Of a stretch of DNA of 64,000 nucleotides, positions 39,035-48,989 are shown one piece after another; position 1 is the first letter of the stretch, and each line of letters starts with the position of its first letter. This DNA comes from Candidatus Poribacteria bacterium (GTDB lineage: Bacteria; Poribacteria; WGA-4E; JAJDTR01): NCBI GenBank assembly GCA_965222225.1, contig CBDCTK010000002.1, forward strand, positions 5,294,977-5,358,976, in the 5' to 3' direction. The translations under genes and the position numbers were made by a program. Below the pieces are notes generated by a model. It searched no databases, had not been told where the DNA came from, and worked only from the letters and a program-made list of their open reading frames with translations.

Positions 39035-39101
39035 AGTATCTTTCCTCCTCGCCCACGTTCGAGGGCGCGATTAAATTTCATCGTGTGTCGCAACACGCAT
39101 T

Positions 39102-40907
39102 TCATTCTGTATCATCTTCACCGTAAATGGCGTTAATTTCACCGCTGAAGTGATCGAGAATAACTTGACGCTTCAGTTTAAGAGTGGGCGTCATCTCATC
39201 CTCTTCTTGTGTAAATTCTCGACTTAGCACGGCGAACATTCTAGGGCGTTCAAAGTCTGCAAAGTCTACCACGAGCCGATTGATTTCTCCTCGGATGAGT
39301 TGTCGAACTTCCTTGGTTTCAACCAGCGTCGCATTATTCCCCGTATCCAAGCCTTGCTCTTTCCCGTATTCTCCGAGTGCGTCGAAATTCGGGACAACCA
39401 GCGCGGCAACGCTTTTCTGTCCATCCCCGATTAACATAACCTGACTGATATAATCGCTTTGTACAAGTTGGCTTTCAATCGGTTGCGGTGCGACATTTTT
39501 CCCGTTGGACAACACGAGAATGTTCTTCTTTCGGTCTGTAATCTTCAGAAATCCGCCTTCATCAAACAGACCAATGTCTCCGGTGCGGAACCAGCCATCG
39601 GGGCCAATTGCCTCTGACGTATCCTCGGGTCGATTGTAATATCCTTTCATGATATGTGGTCCCCTAGATAGGATTTCGCCATCTTCGGCAATTTTGACTT
39701 CAACACCGGGAATGGGTTTGCCAACGGTGCCAAATTTCCAAGCGTTTGGGCAATTTACGGAAATCACCGGCGAGGTTTCAGTCAAGCCATATCCTTCAAG
39801 AATCAGAATACCAGCCGCATGGAAGAATTCTGCAATGGATTGGGGCAAGGCGGCGCCACCCGACACAAAAAATCGCAATCGTCCGCCTACTCTGGCTAGA
39901 ATTTTCCCGAAAACCAATTTGTTTGCAAGTCCCATTTTCAGCTTCAATAGGAAAGACGGTTCCTTGTGCGCCTGTATAGCCTGACTCACCTTTTTGCCGG
40001 TTTCTACCCCCCAGCCGAATATCTTCTGTTTAACGGGCGAGCCCTCTTTCACTGCACGAAGAATCCGCTCATGCATCGTCTCATAGAGACGAGGAACACT
40101 CGCCATAACAGTAGGACGTACCTCCCCCAAGTTTTTAGCGACCGTAAACGGGCTTTCCGCATAGGCAATGGTCGAGCCACAAGTAAGTGGCAAATAATGT
40201 CCTGCCATTCGCTCAAACACGTGTGATAGAGGTAAAAATGACAGAAGTACATCCTCTTGGCTAATGCCTATAAGCTCAACACAGGCGCTGGCATTGAACA
40301 TGAAGTTGTGATGGGTAAGCATTGCCCCTTTTGGATCGCCGGTTGTCCCTGAAGTATAAATGATTGTGACAAGATCGTCGGCGTTTGCCGCTTCGCTTGC
40401 TTCTTGGTAAATTTGAGTTCCATTCTCGACCTTCTTGCCGAGGTCGCACACTTCCTCAAAGCTCAAATCTTGACCATCTGTGTCCGACTTTGTGGCGTCA
40501 AAAACAATGACTCGCTCAAGATGTGATACGTTCTCTCGGAATGCCTCAATCTTTTTCAACTGGTTTTCATTTGATACACATACGATTTTGGCTCCTGAAT
40601 CTTTCACTATATACTCTACTTGGGCGGGTGTCAGCGTTGGAAACATGGGTACATTCACGCCGCCCGCAGCAATAATCGCCAAGTCTGTAATTGCCCATTC
40701 TGGACGGTTCTCGGACAATAATACAACGCGGTCACCTCGTTCCATACCAAGCTCGACGAGTCCTAAAGCGAAGTTTTCCACACGCTCTCCGAGTTCGGCG
40801 TAGGAGATAGCTTGATAACTACCGTCAATCTTGCTAGAGAGTGCCGCTTTCGATCCGTAATGACGAATCGAATTCGCAAGCATTTCATTAATGGTCATTT
40901 TATCCAT
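39102..40907 (-). CDS. Long-chain fatty acid-CoA ligase (AMP-dependent synthetase/ligase)
   Basis: AMP-binding motif IIYTSGTTGDPKGAMLTHHN and the conserved …TGDIG… / …YGLTETS… motifs. 601 aa. Confidence 0.9.
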   Translation of the reverse strand: MDKMTINEMLANSIRHYGSKAALSSKIDGSYQAISYAELGERVENFALGLVELGMERGDRVVLLSENRPEWAITDLAIIAAGGVNVPMFPTLTPAQVEYIVKDSGAKIVCVSNENQLKKIEAFRENVSHLERVIVFDATKSDTDGQDLSFEEVCDLGKKVENGTQIYQEASEAANADDLVTIIYTSGTTGDPKGAMLTHHNFMFNASACVELIGISQEDVLLSFLPLSHVFERMAGHYLPLTCGSTIAYAESPFTVAKNLGEVRPTVMASVPRLYETMHERILRAVKEGSPVKQKIFGWGVETGKKVSQAIQAHKEPSFLLKLKMGLANKLVFGKILARVGGRLRFFVSGGAALPQSIAEFFHAAGILILEGYGLTETSPVISVNCPNAWKFGTVGKPIPGVEVKIAEDGEILSRGPHIMKGYYNRPEDTSEAIGPDGWFRTGDIGLFDEGGFLKITDRKKNILVLSNGKNVAPQPIESQLVQSDYISQVMLIGDGQKSVAALVVPNFDALGEYGKEQGLDTGNNATLVETKEVRQLIRGEINRLVVDFADFERPRMFAVLSREFTQEEDEMTPTLKLKRQVILDHFSGEINAIYGEDDTE

Positions 40908-41083
40908 AATTTTATCCTTGCATTCTAGACTGGACGTTAGGAATCTGGAGCTTATTAGTGGTTTTCGTTACTCAAGAAAATGAGATGGATTTATGTGAAA
41001 ATGCGTTCAATTGCGTTCAATACAGATAGCTTATTCTAAAAAAATGGGACCGTAAATGCCGTTTGAATTCCAAAGCGCGATTG

Positions 41084-41914
41084 TTAGCGGCTAACCCGCT
41101 TACGTCTTCCCGCAACATGCGATGCTGGGACGCCTACCTCCTCCACAGGACTGGAAGACCTCCGTGCAGTTCCATAAATAATCCAACTACCAACGATTGC
41201 CAATGCAATACTAATTAGTTGTGCTGTCGTCAACCCGGCGATGACACGCTCACTCGCCCGCCAGAACTCGGCAATGAAACGTTCAACTCCCGCCGCTACA
41301 AGTCCCGCGCCCACCAGCCACCCGGCTATCCCCTCTTTCTTTTTACGGATTGACCATAGTAGTGCAAAACCGACGAGCGACAATCCAAATTCATACAGGG
41401 GCGTTGGGTGAACGGGCACGTTTATGGGAACCGTGCCTCTTGGAAATGGCATTGCCCAAGGCAAATCCGATGGCGGACCATAGTCACCATCCCCAGAGAG
41501 GAAACATCCGATTCGTCCAATGCCATATCCGAGTAAAAGTAGAGGAGCAAGAGCGTCAAGCGTTGGCAAGAGAGGGTCGGAAGATCGATGTATGACCCAG
41601 ATCGCGGCTGCAAACCCTCCAATTAGACCACCATACCACACAAGCCCGCTGTTTGAGAACAATTCTCTTAATGAAAGGCTGCCATCTTGCAGGGATGAAT
41701 AAAGTTTTGCGCCAATGATACCGCCTAAAGCGCCCCATAAAATAATAGATGAGGCAAGCCTAGGCTCAAGTCCTTTTCGTTTGAACTCGCGTTGCCCCAT
41801 ATACATACAAGTAAGGAAGGCAAGCGCCATCATCAACCCATAACTGTGTACCGCTATAGGTAGGTGGATCGGGCCAAGGTGTAGGGTTGGTAACTCAAAT
41901 ATGGTTGGATACAT
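41084..41914 (-). CDS. lgt: Prolipoprotein diacylglyceryl transferase
   Basis: Lgt signature (…VHPTPLYEFGLSLVGF…), the G-x-R-x-G pattern and a polytopic membrane topology. 276 aa. Confidence 0.85.
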   Translation of the reverse strand: MYPTIFELPTLHLGPIHLPIAVHSYGLMMALAFLTCMYMGQREFKRKGLEPRLASSIILWGALGGIIGAKLYSSLQDGSLSLRELFSNSGLVWYGGLIGGFAAAIWVIHRSSDPLLPTLDALAPLLLLGYGIGRIGCFLSGDGDYGPPSDLPWAMPFPRGTVPINVPVHPTPLYEFGLSLVGFALLWSIRKKKEGIAGWLVGAGLVAAGVERFIAEFWRASERVIAGLTTAQLISIALAIVGSWIIYGTARRSSSPVEEVGVPASHVAGRRKRVSR

Positions 41915-42264
41915 GATTCATCACGAAAAAGAGAGATGGTTGTCTCATTCACCCGCAGCAACATCTTTTAAAGGTAGGCAAAACATCCAAAGCACAACCG
42001 AAACTGTGTGCTAAAATCCTAATATCCACCCAAACCGCTACTGCGCCATTAGAATATTCGACCCCCTAAAAAATGTCAAGCAGAATCTCGCTCCTAATTC
42101 GTCTGTTTTTTTTGAAAAAGGCTTTGCAAACTTTTCTGAAATGTGCTATACTTGGCGCATCCAACTTCCGAGAGACGCTAGGAGCGTTATACCGCAAGGG
42201 TTTTCCTCTGTTTTGTAGTATTCTCTGCAACGTGCCTCAGGTATTGGAAAGGGTAGCAGCATTT

Positions 42265-43137
42265 ATGACTCGACGGGAACTCTGGTTGGCGCTTGCATCG
42301 GTTGAAGGCATCGGCCCGATTCGAATTAATCGGCTCTTGGCTCGCTTTGGAAGCGTGGAAAAAGTTTTTGATGCCGAATGCTCGGAAATCGCTTGTCTTC
42401 CGCTTTTCAATCCGGTTTTAGCGTCGCGTGTTTTGGAAACTCGAGAGCGCCTCGGTAAATTTCGACGCCAAATGGAGTGGCTCAAGAGTCAAGGCGTTGA
42501 GGTTTTGTGCTTGGAAGATGCAAATTACCCTGATAAGTTGAGGGTCATTTCCAACGCTCCGCCAATTCTTTATAAAAAAGGTAAATTGACGGGAGTCAGT
42601 CGGAAGGCTATAGCAATCGTTGGTTCGACTCAGCCGACACAGATGGGCATTCTGACAACCTTGGAGTTGTCGAAGTCTCTCGCTCAGGCAGGTTTCACGG
42701 TTGTTAGTGGCTTTGCCAAGGGGATTGACACTTCTGCCCATTTTGGCGCGCTTTCGGTGGGTGGAAAGACCGTGGGGGTGTTTGGTGGGGATCTTTTTTC
42801 GATATACCCCACAGAAAATCGACCGCTTGCAGCGCAAGTTTGTAAAAGTGGCATGCTCCTGTCTGAACATCCGTTTGATAAGCGGCCCACACCCGCAAAT
42901 CTAATTCTACGTAACCGAATTATCAGTGGGCTGTCAATTGCGACAATTGTAGTTGAAGCCAGAGAAAACGGCGGCGCGGTGCGCACGGCAGGCTATGCCC
43001 TCGAACAAGGACGTGCGGTTTTCGCTTACGACTGGCAAAAAAGTCATCGCTTGAGCGAGGGCCCTCGCCATCTTCTTCAACGAGGGGCAATACCAATCAC
43101 TCTTGGACGGCTGAGGATATTCAGAATCGTCTATTAA
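42265..43137 (+). CDS. dprA: DNA processing protein DprA/Smf
   Basis: The N-terminal SAM-like region (LALASVEGIGPIRINRLL) and Rossmann-like DprA domain (AIVGSTQPTQMGILTTLELSKSLAQAGFTVVSGFAKGIDTSAH) support the call. The start is inferred at MTRRELW and the longest ORF begins at 42073. Confidence 0.85.
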   Translation: MTRRELWLALASVEGIGPIRINRLLARFGSVEKVFDAECSEIACLPLFNPVLASRVLETRERLGKFRRQMEWLKSQGVEVLCLEDANYPDKLRVISNAPPILYKKGKLTGVSRKAIAIVGSTQPTQMGILTTLELSKSLAQAGFTVVSGFAKGIDTSAHFGALSVGGKTVGVFGGDLFSIYPTENRPLAAQVCKSGMLLSEHPFDKRPTPANLILRNRIISGLSIATIVVEARENGGAVRTAGYALEQGRAVFAYDWQKSHRLSEGPRHLLQRGAIPITLGRLRIFRIVY

Positions 43138-43532
43138 ATCCGGAACTGTTCACGGAGCAACCGAGGAATAGTTCTCTAGTTGAGCAAATGGAACTGTTTT
43201 AGGAGGTGTTTTTGAAGACTTAAGAACTTCGGTAGGCAAAAAATTTGGAAAAATGTGCAGGTTTTTCTTTACAACAATCGGAAATTCTGGTAGACTATAA
43301 TCTACCTTGCACGAATTAAGTCAAAAACATGCGGATGCTTGGTTGATTGAAAGCATTACAACACTTGGCATGTTCTTGAGGTTTGACATTGGCGCTGCTG
43401 CTAACGGGATTGAAAATCTATTGAATACTTCACCCTTCGGGCACATATGCCGATTTTGATTGCGAGGACTGATTTAGGCTGTCTAGCTAAACCTAGATGT
43501 TTTTATACGCAAATTAAAAAGGAGTAGAAATA

Positions 43533-44171
43533 ATGCACAAGCTCTTTCGAACCTTAGCTTTGGTAATGACTGCGATGTTGGTTTCCTACGTAGTTGGATG
43601 CGGTGGTGGTGAGACGGAACCGGATGGTCCTGCGTCGGCTACGACCGTTACGGCTGATCCACCGAGTGGATCTACGGTTCCGTCAAATGCCGTAATCAAG
43701 CTTACCCTCGATCAGGCGGTTGATGCTGTTGCAGGCGCAACGGGCTCAGGGAAAAACTGGGAGGTTGCGGCGGCCGGTAACTTGAGCGTGACTTGGACCA
43801 ACAAGGATGGATCTGCTGGAGGACCTGAGACCTTCACCTACACGCTTCAAGCTCCGGATAATGATGCGCCGAAGATTACCGGCGGCACGGTAACCAATGG
43901 AGCTAAAGATGTTGATCCCGGACCTATAAATGCGGATAAGATTCAAATCACGTTCGATGAGGATGTTACCGGTACAGCCGAATTGAACTTTGAGGACAAT
44001 ACATCTGCTGGTTGGCAAGGGGCGGTTACGGGCATGAATGCCGAACTTACCCCTGTTGCAGGGAAGGAACTCGCCAACTCGGTGACCTATGTAGTCGTGC
44101 TCAACGTTAGCGATAAGGCAGGGAATAAGGCTGCGTTCATGGTCGAGTTTACTACCAAGGCAAAAGAATAG
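43533..44171 (+). CDS. Lipoprotein with Ig-like (BIG/SbsA-type) beta-sandwich domains
   Basis: Signal peptide with a lipobox (VVGC|GGG) followed by T/G/S-rich beta-strand repeats. 212 aa. Confidence 0.55.
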   Translation: MHKLFRTLALVMTAMLVSYVVGCGGGETEPDGPASATTVTADPPSGSTVPSNAVIKLTLDQAVDAVAGATGSGKNWEVAAAGNLSVTWTNKDGSAGGPETFTYTLQAPDNDAPKITGGTVTNGAKDVDPGPINADKIQITFDEDVTGTAELNFEDNTSAGWQGAVTGMNAELTPVAGKELANSVTYVVVLNVSDKAGNKAAFMVEFTTKAKE

Positions 44172-44210
44172 GTGTTTTAGCCACCCGGTTCGTTGAAATG
44201 CTGTTTTCAA

Positions 44211-44245
44211 GGCAACACGTTATAGAACGTGTTGCCTTTTTTTGT
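44211..44245 (+). terminator. Rho-independent terminator after the lipoprotein gene
   Basis: GGCAACACG … CGTGTTGCC stem followed by TTTTTTT. Confidence 0.75.
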
Positions 44246-44361
44246 TCCATTTTCAAGAGAAAGCTGCACATTCTGAGGCTATAGTCATGTCCATTCATGT
44301 GTACCCATATTAATGAGAGAAATTAGCGACTTGATTGTTGAAGATTGTTACGACAAACTTA

Positions 44362-44419
44362 CTGTAGGAGCGATCTCCCGATCGCGACCGCCTGTCGCTA
44401 GGAAAGCTCGCTCCTACAG
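44362..44419. repeat. Palindromic hairpin element, compact copy (CTGTAGGAGCGATCTCCCGATCGCGACC … CTCGCTCCTACAG)
   Basis: Perfect 11-nt outer inverted repeat. The 5' module is identical to the 1150 copy. Confidence 0.8.
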
Positions 44420-44704
44420 AAGACGCGCAATAAATTGCACTACGATGAATCAAACTGCATAAATCCTATATGTGTAATTCTCAGTTGTAATGACTATAAT
44501 TGTAGGGGACGGCCCCCCCCATGGTTGTAAAGGACAACCATGACTGTGCCGAGGCGGCGGCGTGCAATCTTCTCGGAGACCGATTGGGAGGTATCTGTTG
44601 CGAGAGGATGAACTCAGGGAAGGATTCCGGCTAAGGGAGGAAATCGGCGATTTGATGATCGCGCAGATTCCACACAGAAACAGGGGTGATTTTATCCGCT
44701 AGTG

Positions 44705-44775
44705 ATTAACTGAGCGAATAGATCAAACGACTGAACAAGGAGTGTGATAGAGATTCCGAGGCGATAGCAATCCCA
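44705..44775. repeat. GATCAA/GCGATAG-family array
   Basis: ttaactgagcgaatagatcaaacgactgaacaag / gagtgtgatagagattcc / gaggcgatagcaatccc. Confidence 0.75.
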
Positions 44776-44837
44776 TAGATATCGGTAAAACCCAACTATC
44801 TACCATCGATAACGTAGGGACATGTGCTCAATCGAAT

Positions 44838-45485
44838 TTAAATCAGATGTAGCCAATCATGCAATAGAAAATCAACGCGCTGAATCAAGAGCGAAACACG
44901 CCCCATTACGGTATTGCCAAAAGCTGAGCCGAATCCGACCATGAGGAAGATAATCCCCACCTTTGAGATTCCACCAACAGCGCCCCGATGTTCAATTGAG
45001 AAGAAGAAGTATGTCAGCGTACAGATTACGCCGACAAGCATCAAGATTACGCCGAAAATCTCAAAAGGCCCCAGAGCTCCGGCATGAATCTGCCCGAACG
45101 GCGTTAATGTGCCGTGCACCTGGCGGAAGATGCTAGTTTCCATAACATTGGGGATGGCTTGTCCTGAACTGATTCCGATAAGAATGGCGATCGGATATCG
45201 GATTAACCAACTGTACTTCGGAACAAGACGAGCAAAGAACAGTAGGCCAATGGCAATCGGAATGAGTTTGAGAAGTCCCATGAATTCACGTTTCGTGACA
45301 GCTTCCCAGAACGGATCCCATGCAAACGGGATTAATCCTTGATGGATTGAGAACACAATTCCGTAGCCGACCGAGAGTCCTACAAAGAGATGTTCGGCGA
45401 AACGGTAAAATGGATTGTCACGATAAAGAAAACTATAAATGCACAGCGTAAAAAATGCAGCGACCCAAATTCCAAGGACTTCCAC
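44838..45485 (-). CDS. Polytopic membrane protein (215 aa), fourth gene of a four-gene membrane operon
   Basis: About 6 hydrophobic segments. No recognised family. Confidence 0.5.
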   Translation of the reverse strand: MEVLGIWVAAFFTLCIYSFLYRDNPFYRFAEHLFVGLSVGYGIVFSIHQGLIPFAWDPFWEAVTKREFMGLLKLIPIAIGLLFFARLVPKYSWLIRYPIAILIGISSGQAIPNVMETSIFRQVHGTLTPFGQIHAGALGPFEIFGVILMLVGVICTLTYFFFSIEHRGAVGGISKVGIIFLMVGFGSAFGNTVMGRVSLLIQRVDFLLHDWLHLI

Positions 45486-45497
45486 CTCGTAAACCTC

Positions 45498-46313
45498 CTA
45501 TTGCGTCCTGCGTCGTTGGATAAAGAAGGCAACATTTCCTATAATGACCAAGGCGAAAACCAGCAGATGAACAAACGATTGGACACTCATTCCCGCCGTT
45601 GCTTTTTCAGGCGTGTCAATTAACGTTTCATATTCGGCTGCACCCAAAAGCCCGGGCATCAACCCGACCAACTGCCCTGTTTGTATGTAGGGGTATAGCT
45701 CGGACACCATAACTCCTGTTACTCCAGCCGCTACTTGTTGTTTGTACTTGGCGTTCGTATAAGTAATCCATGCAACCGGCGTCGCCGACGAAGCCAAATC
45801 GAGGACCAGTGCAATTTGGTCATAATTCTTTACTTCCTGCATCATCGGAATCTCCGACAACGGCTTTCCTTGATAATCAGCGCCAAAAACGCTGTCAATC
45901 GCTGACCCCATTCCGAGGATGACTTGTGTGCCGCCGGGCCGAAAACCGAGAAATACATAATCCTCTCCATCCACCGCTTCCATCTCCGCCGCGGTATTGC
46001 CCATGACCTTGTCCCCCAACCTGGCCCCAACGTTAAATAGTGTCATACCAATGATTCTAACATTTTTCCTGAAACAGTGCCGCAAAACCGCAGTCGCCAT
46101 TGGTTCCAGCTCCGCGAGCGATGAAGGCCCATAATTGAACGCCATGAGAATTGTGGATTCGGCCGGCAGTTCATCTATATAGTCATATATGCTACGAGTA
46201 GGCTGCGAGACAGTAATGGGAAAACTGACTCTCAAGAATGAAGGAATGATCACTGCTAACGCCACAAAGATAAAAATAATGCGCCGGTCAATCCCCATCA
46301 ATATTTCTAGCAC
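45498..46313 (-). CDS. Bitopic or polytopic membrane protein with a central soluble domain (271 aa), third gene of the operon
   Basis: N- and C-terminal TM helices flanking a soluble domain of about 200 aa. Unknown family. Confidence 0.5.
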   Translation of the reverse strand: MLEILMGIDRRIIFIFVALAVIIPSFLRVSFPITVSQPTRSIYDYIDELPAESTILMAFNYGPSSLAELEPMATAVLRHCFRKNVRIIGMTLFNVGARLGDKVMGNTAAEMEAVDGEDYVFLGFRPGGTQVILGMGSAIDSVFGADYQGKPLSEIPMMQEVKNYDQIALVLDLASSATPVAWITYTNAKYKQQVAAGVTGVMVSELYPYIQTGQLVGLMPGLLGAAEYETLIDTPEKATAGMSVQSFVHLLVFALVIIGNVAFFIQRRRTQ

Positions 46314-46317
46314 GGCT

Positions 46318-47001
46318 TCAATCCCCTCCTCCTAGATAGGAGCGCTCGATTCCAAAGATAATCCGTATAGACTGAGAAATCACGCCAAGGCTTACGCCAA
46401 GAATTATTCCCCGTCGAGATGAGAGATTTGGATTATCCAAGATCCACTGTCTCGCCGTTGATGGGAAATAATCTCCTATAGGTATTGTCTTGATTACAGG
46501 TATCTTCTCGATCCAGACAGGAATTGTCTTGTTCCAGATAAGATCGCCGATGGGAGCGTTGCCAATCATCACAATAAGCGCGGCGACAAGGAGAAGCGTA
46601 GCTTCAAGCGTGCGGGCGCGGAAAGCGCGGTACGAAGCTGATGCGATGAAAAATGCAAGCAGGGAAAACATCGTTGCTTCCATCGGCACTTGAACATTGT
46701 CGAAAAGCCATTCGAATACTTTGTCCTTGGGGCCATTGGGAAGTCCGAAAGCAACCATCACGATTATTCCGATGAAAACCAAGTAGCTATACTGCCAATG
46801 CTCAACACGCCGTTTTATTCGTATCAAATGGTTATGTACAAGTGTAACTACGCCAATGACAAGTGCGAATGGACCGATAATCAGTGACCAGTTAATGATT
46901 TCTGCTCGCAGTCCTTCGGAAAAAGGGTGCGGACTAAACTCGACGAGCATCATCACAATGCCGAATAGGAAACACAGGATTAGCGGAACTTGTCGTCTCA
47001 T
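46318..47001 (-). CDS. Polytopic membrane protein (227 aa), second gene of the operon
   Basis: About 6 TM segments. A 5-nt gap separates it from the downstream gene. Confidence 0.5.
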   Translation of the reverse strand: MRRQVPLILCFLFGIVMMLVEFSPHPFSEGLRAEIINWSLIIGPFALVIGVVTLVHNHLIRIKRRVEHWQYSYLVFIGIIVMVAFGLPNGPKDKVFEWLFDNVQVPMEATMFSLLAFFIASASYRAFRARTLEATLLLVAALIVMIGNAPIGDLIWNKTIPVWIEKIPVIKTIPIGDYFPSTARQWILDNPNLSSRRGIILGVSLGVISQSIRIIFGIERSYLGGGD

Positions 47002-47028
47002 AATACCTCAACGTGGTCAAATGTCCAA

Positions 47029-47958
47029 CTACTGAACTCCTCGAAAGAACGTAGACATCCAGGTGATTCCTGCCAGTTCCAAAATTACACCAAGGATAAT
47101 GCCAGCGAACAGTATAATCTTCCCATAATCTTGCCCTTTCAAACTGCCGAGCAACATGGGTTCGCGAGACAAATAGGCGCTCGCTGCGTAAAGCTCTTCG
47201 CCAATTAACGTATAGTCGCATGCTGTGATGAAAAATGGCAACTGTGAATCCGAGTCGCTTCCTGCTATCTGAATTGCGCCCACAGAATTTCCCGTCTCGG
47301 CAAGAATCAGTGATTCAGCATAGAAAGTGCCCTGCATAAACACGGCTGCTGGCTTCTCTCGCACCATCATTCCGTCTACCGCTGCCGCATAAGCGAATTG
47401 GCTCTCTGTGACAAAGAAAATGTTGTCTTCACTGTACGCATCAGGGCGCCCTTCACCAAGATAAGCGGCCTTCACCATCTCGCGAACAACATTCATTACA
47501 ATCGGATCATTACACGGCACGCGAAGCGGCGTTTCGTAATCAGCCGTTTTTCTTGCAACTTGACTGAGAATGTTCATGCTCGCAATAGTTGCAACGTCAC
47601 CGATGCCGCCTAATCCTAGGATGTACAGTATTGGACGCCCCATTTCTGTTGATCTGCCAATGGCCTCGTCCACGGCCTCCAAACCGGCGATACGGCGAAT
47701 AAAAATGTCGCCGCCGCCTCGCGCGTGATAGATAGAGTAGATGACAGCGACCGAGAAAAGGACAACCGATACAAAAATCCCGGTTTTTTCCACATCAAAC
47801 CATTTCTGGAAGAACTGGAGTACCCATTTTAGAAAAAGCCATTGAAACCATTGGGTTCCTGTTGCTGCGGCTGTTTCTTGGGCGAACGCAAGATTGCCGC
47901 TGCAGCCAAGAATAACCACCAGAAGAACCAAAAGCGGTATCATTTTTTTTAAAATCAT
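47029..47958 (-). CDS. Membrane-anchored or lipoprotein-like protein (about 309 aa), first gene of the operon
   Basis: N-terminal signal with LGCSG, a second TM segment, then a soluble domain and a C-terminal TM segment. The start is inferred at MILKKMIP. Confidence 0.45.
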   Translation of the reverse strand: MILKKMIPLLVLLVVILGCSGNLAFAQETAAATGTQWFQWLFLKWVLQFFQKWFDVEKTGIFVSVVLFSVAVIYSIYHARGGGDIFIRRIAGLEAVDEAIGRSTEMGRPILYILGLGGIGDVATIASMNILSQVARKTADYETPLRVPCNDPIVMNVVREMVKAAYLGEGRPDAYSEDNIFFVTESQFAYAAAVDGMMVREKPAAVFMQGTFYAESLILAETGNSVGAIQIAGSDSDSQLPFFITACDYTLIGEELYAASAYLSREPMLLGSLKGQDYGKIILFAGIILGVILELAGITWMSTFFRGVQ

Positions 47959-48087
47959 TAAGAAGTTGTATCCTTTCACCTGCTCCAAACCGGGGGACAA
48001 CCTATCACACCCTACATGATAATACAAGGGAAAATAACCTGATAACTTTTATTTCTACGGGCGTTCTATTGCGTCAGAATGCGTGTC

Positions 48088-48705
48088 TCACCAGCGCATT
48101 GCCGCCTCGCGGTAGAGAAGGATTTGCTGCATATTTCGCGGAATGGTTAGCTGGATCGATTTACGCTTTCGATTGGCATCCTTTAGGATAATCGGTGTGC
48201 GAATCATATTGGTCATGGTTACCAGCTTTGATTGATAGAAAACCCAGAAGCGTTGTTCGGTGTAAGGATTGATGATATATTCCGAACCTGAAAACCGTTC
48301 GTGCTTTGGGTATTCTAGGGGAATTGTCTTATCGTGTCCTTCTAAGAACAACTCGGACGGGGGCTCTTTCGGAGAGTAGCCACTCAATTTACAATTTCTT
48401 AAGCGAATCGGCATTCCGGATTTGTTAGTCAGATGGAGGGATACGACAATCGCCAACCTGTGGTTATCGTCGCGGTTGATAAACCATGTATCATCTTCGA
48501 TGTTCTCGACAGTAAGTCCCGGAATCTGCCGCTGACGATGATAAACTATGGCTAACACAACAAAACCCGCAAGCCCGGTCAGTGTCCACACCCCTGCCGA
48601 TGTCGACAGGAATTGCTGCAACTCCTTCAATAGTTCCTGTAGCACATGCTCTCCTTTGTGCGAAAATCTGGGCACAATTATGTCATAGAAACCATGAAGG
48701 CGCAA
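48088..48705 (-). CDS. Hypothetical membrane-anchored protein (205 aa)
   Basis: A single TM segment (LTGLAGFVVLAIVY) near the N-terminus. No family recognised. Confidence 0.4.
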   Translation of the reverse strand: MRLHGFYDIIVPRFSHKGEHVLQELLKELQQFLSTSAGVWTLTGLAGFVVLAIVYHRQRQIPGLTVENIEDDTWFINRDDNHRLAIVVSLHLTNKSGMPIRLRNCKLSGYSPKEPPSELFLEGHDKTIPLEYPKHERFSGSEYIINPYTEQRFWVFYQSKLVTMTNMIRTPIILKDANRKRKSIQLTIPRNMQQILLYREAAMRW

Positions 48706-48989
48706 GGAAATTCATCTTGCGCACTGCCATCGTATATGATATTATCTTGCGTTCGTGCATTCGCTGTAGCCGTCAACAAAACCAAACGCAAAGATGTTTT
48801 GAACTGTAGCAGAATTGCAACCGAGCGGTTTCAAAAAGACTGCACAAACTCCTTCCATTTGCACTGTTGCCCGAGTTTTGAGTGCGCCATAGTTTAGCTG
48901 GCACAGTGTTTGCGCTCCGGTGATTGGTTTTGATTGAAGTTAAATTCACAAAAACCTGAACCGTACATGTTCTGGAAGGAGACGAATTC

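Noticed and set aside
44500-44520. A C8 homopolymer (ggacggccccccccatgg) was considered as a phase-variation tract.
   Set aside because: It is intergenic with no adjacent start codon or promoter spacing context. It could equally be an assembly artefact.
48880-48960. A tRNA-like start (GCGCCATAGTTTAGCTGGCA…) was seen.
   Set aside because: No anticodon stem or T-arm (GGTTCGAATCC-like) follows, so a cloverleaf cannot be drawn.
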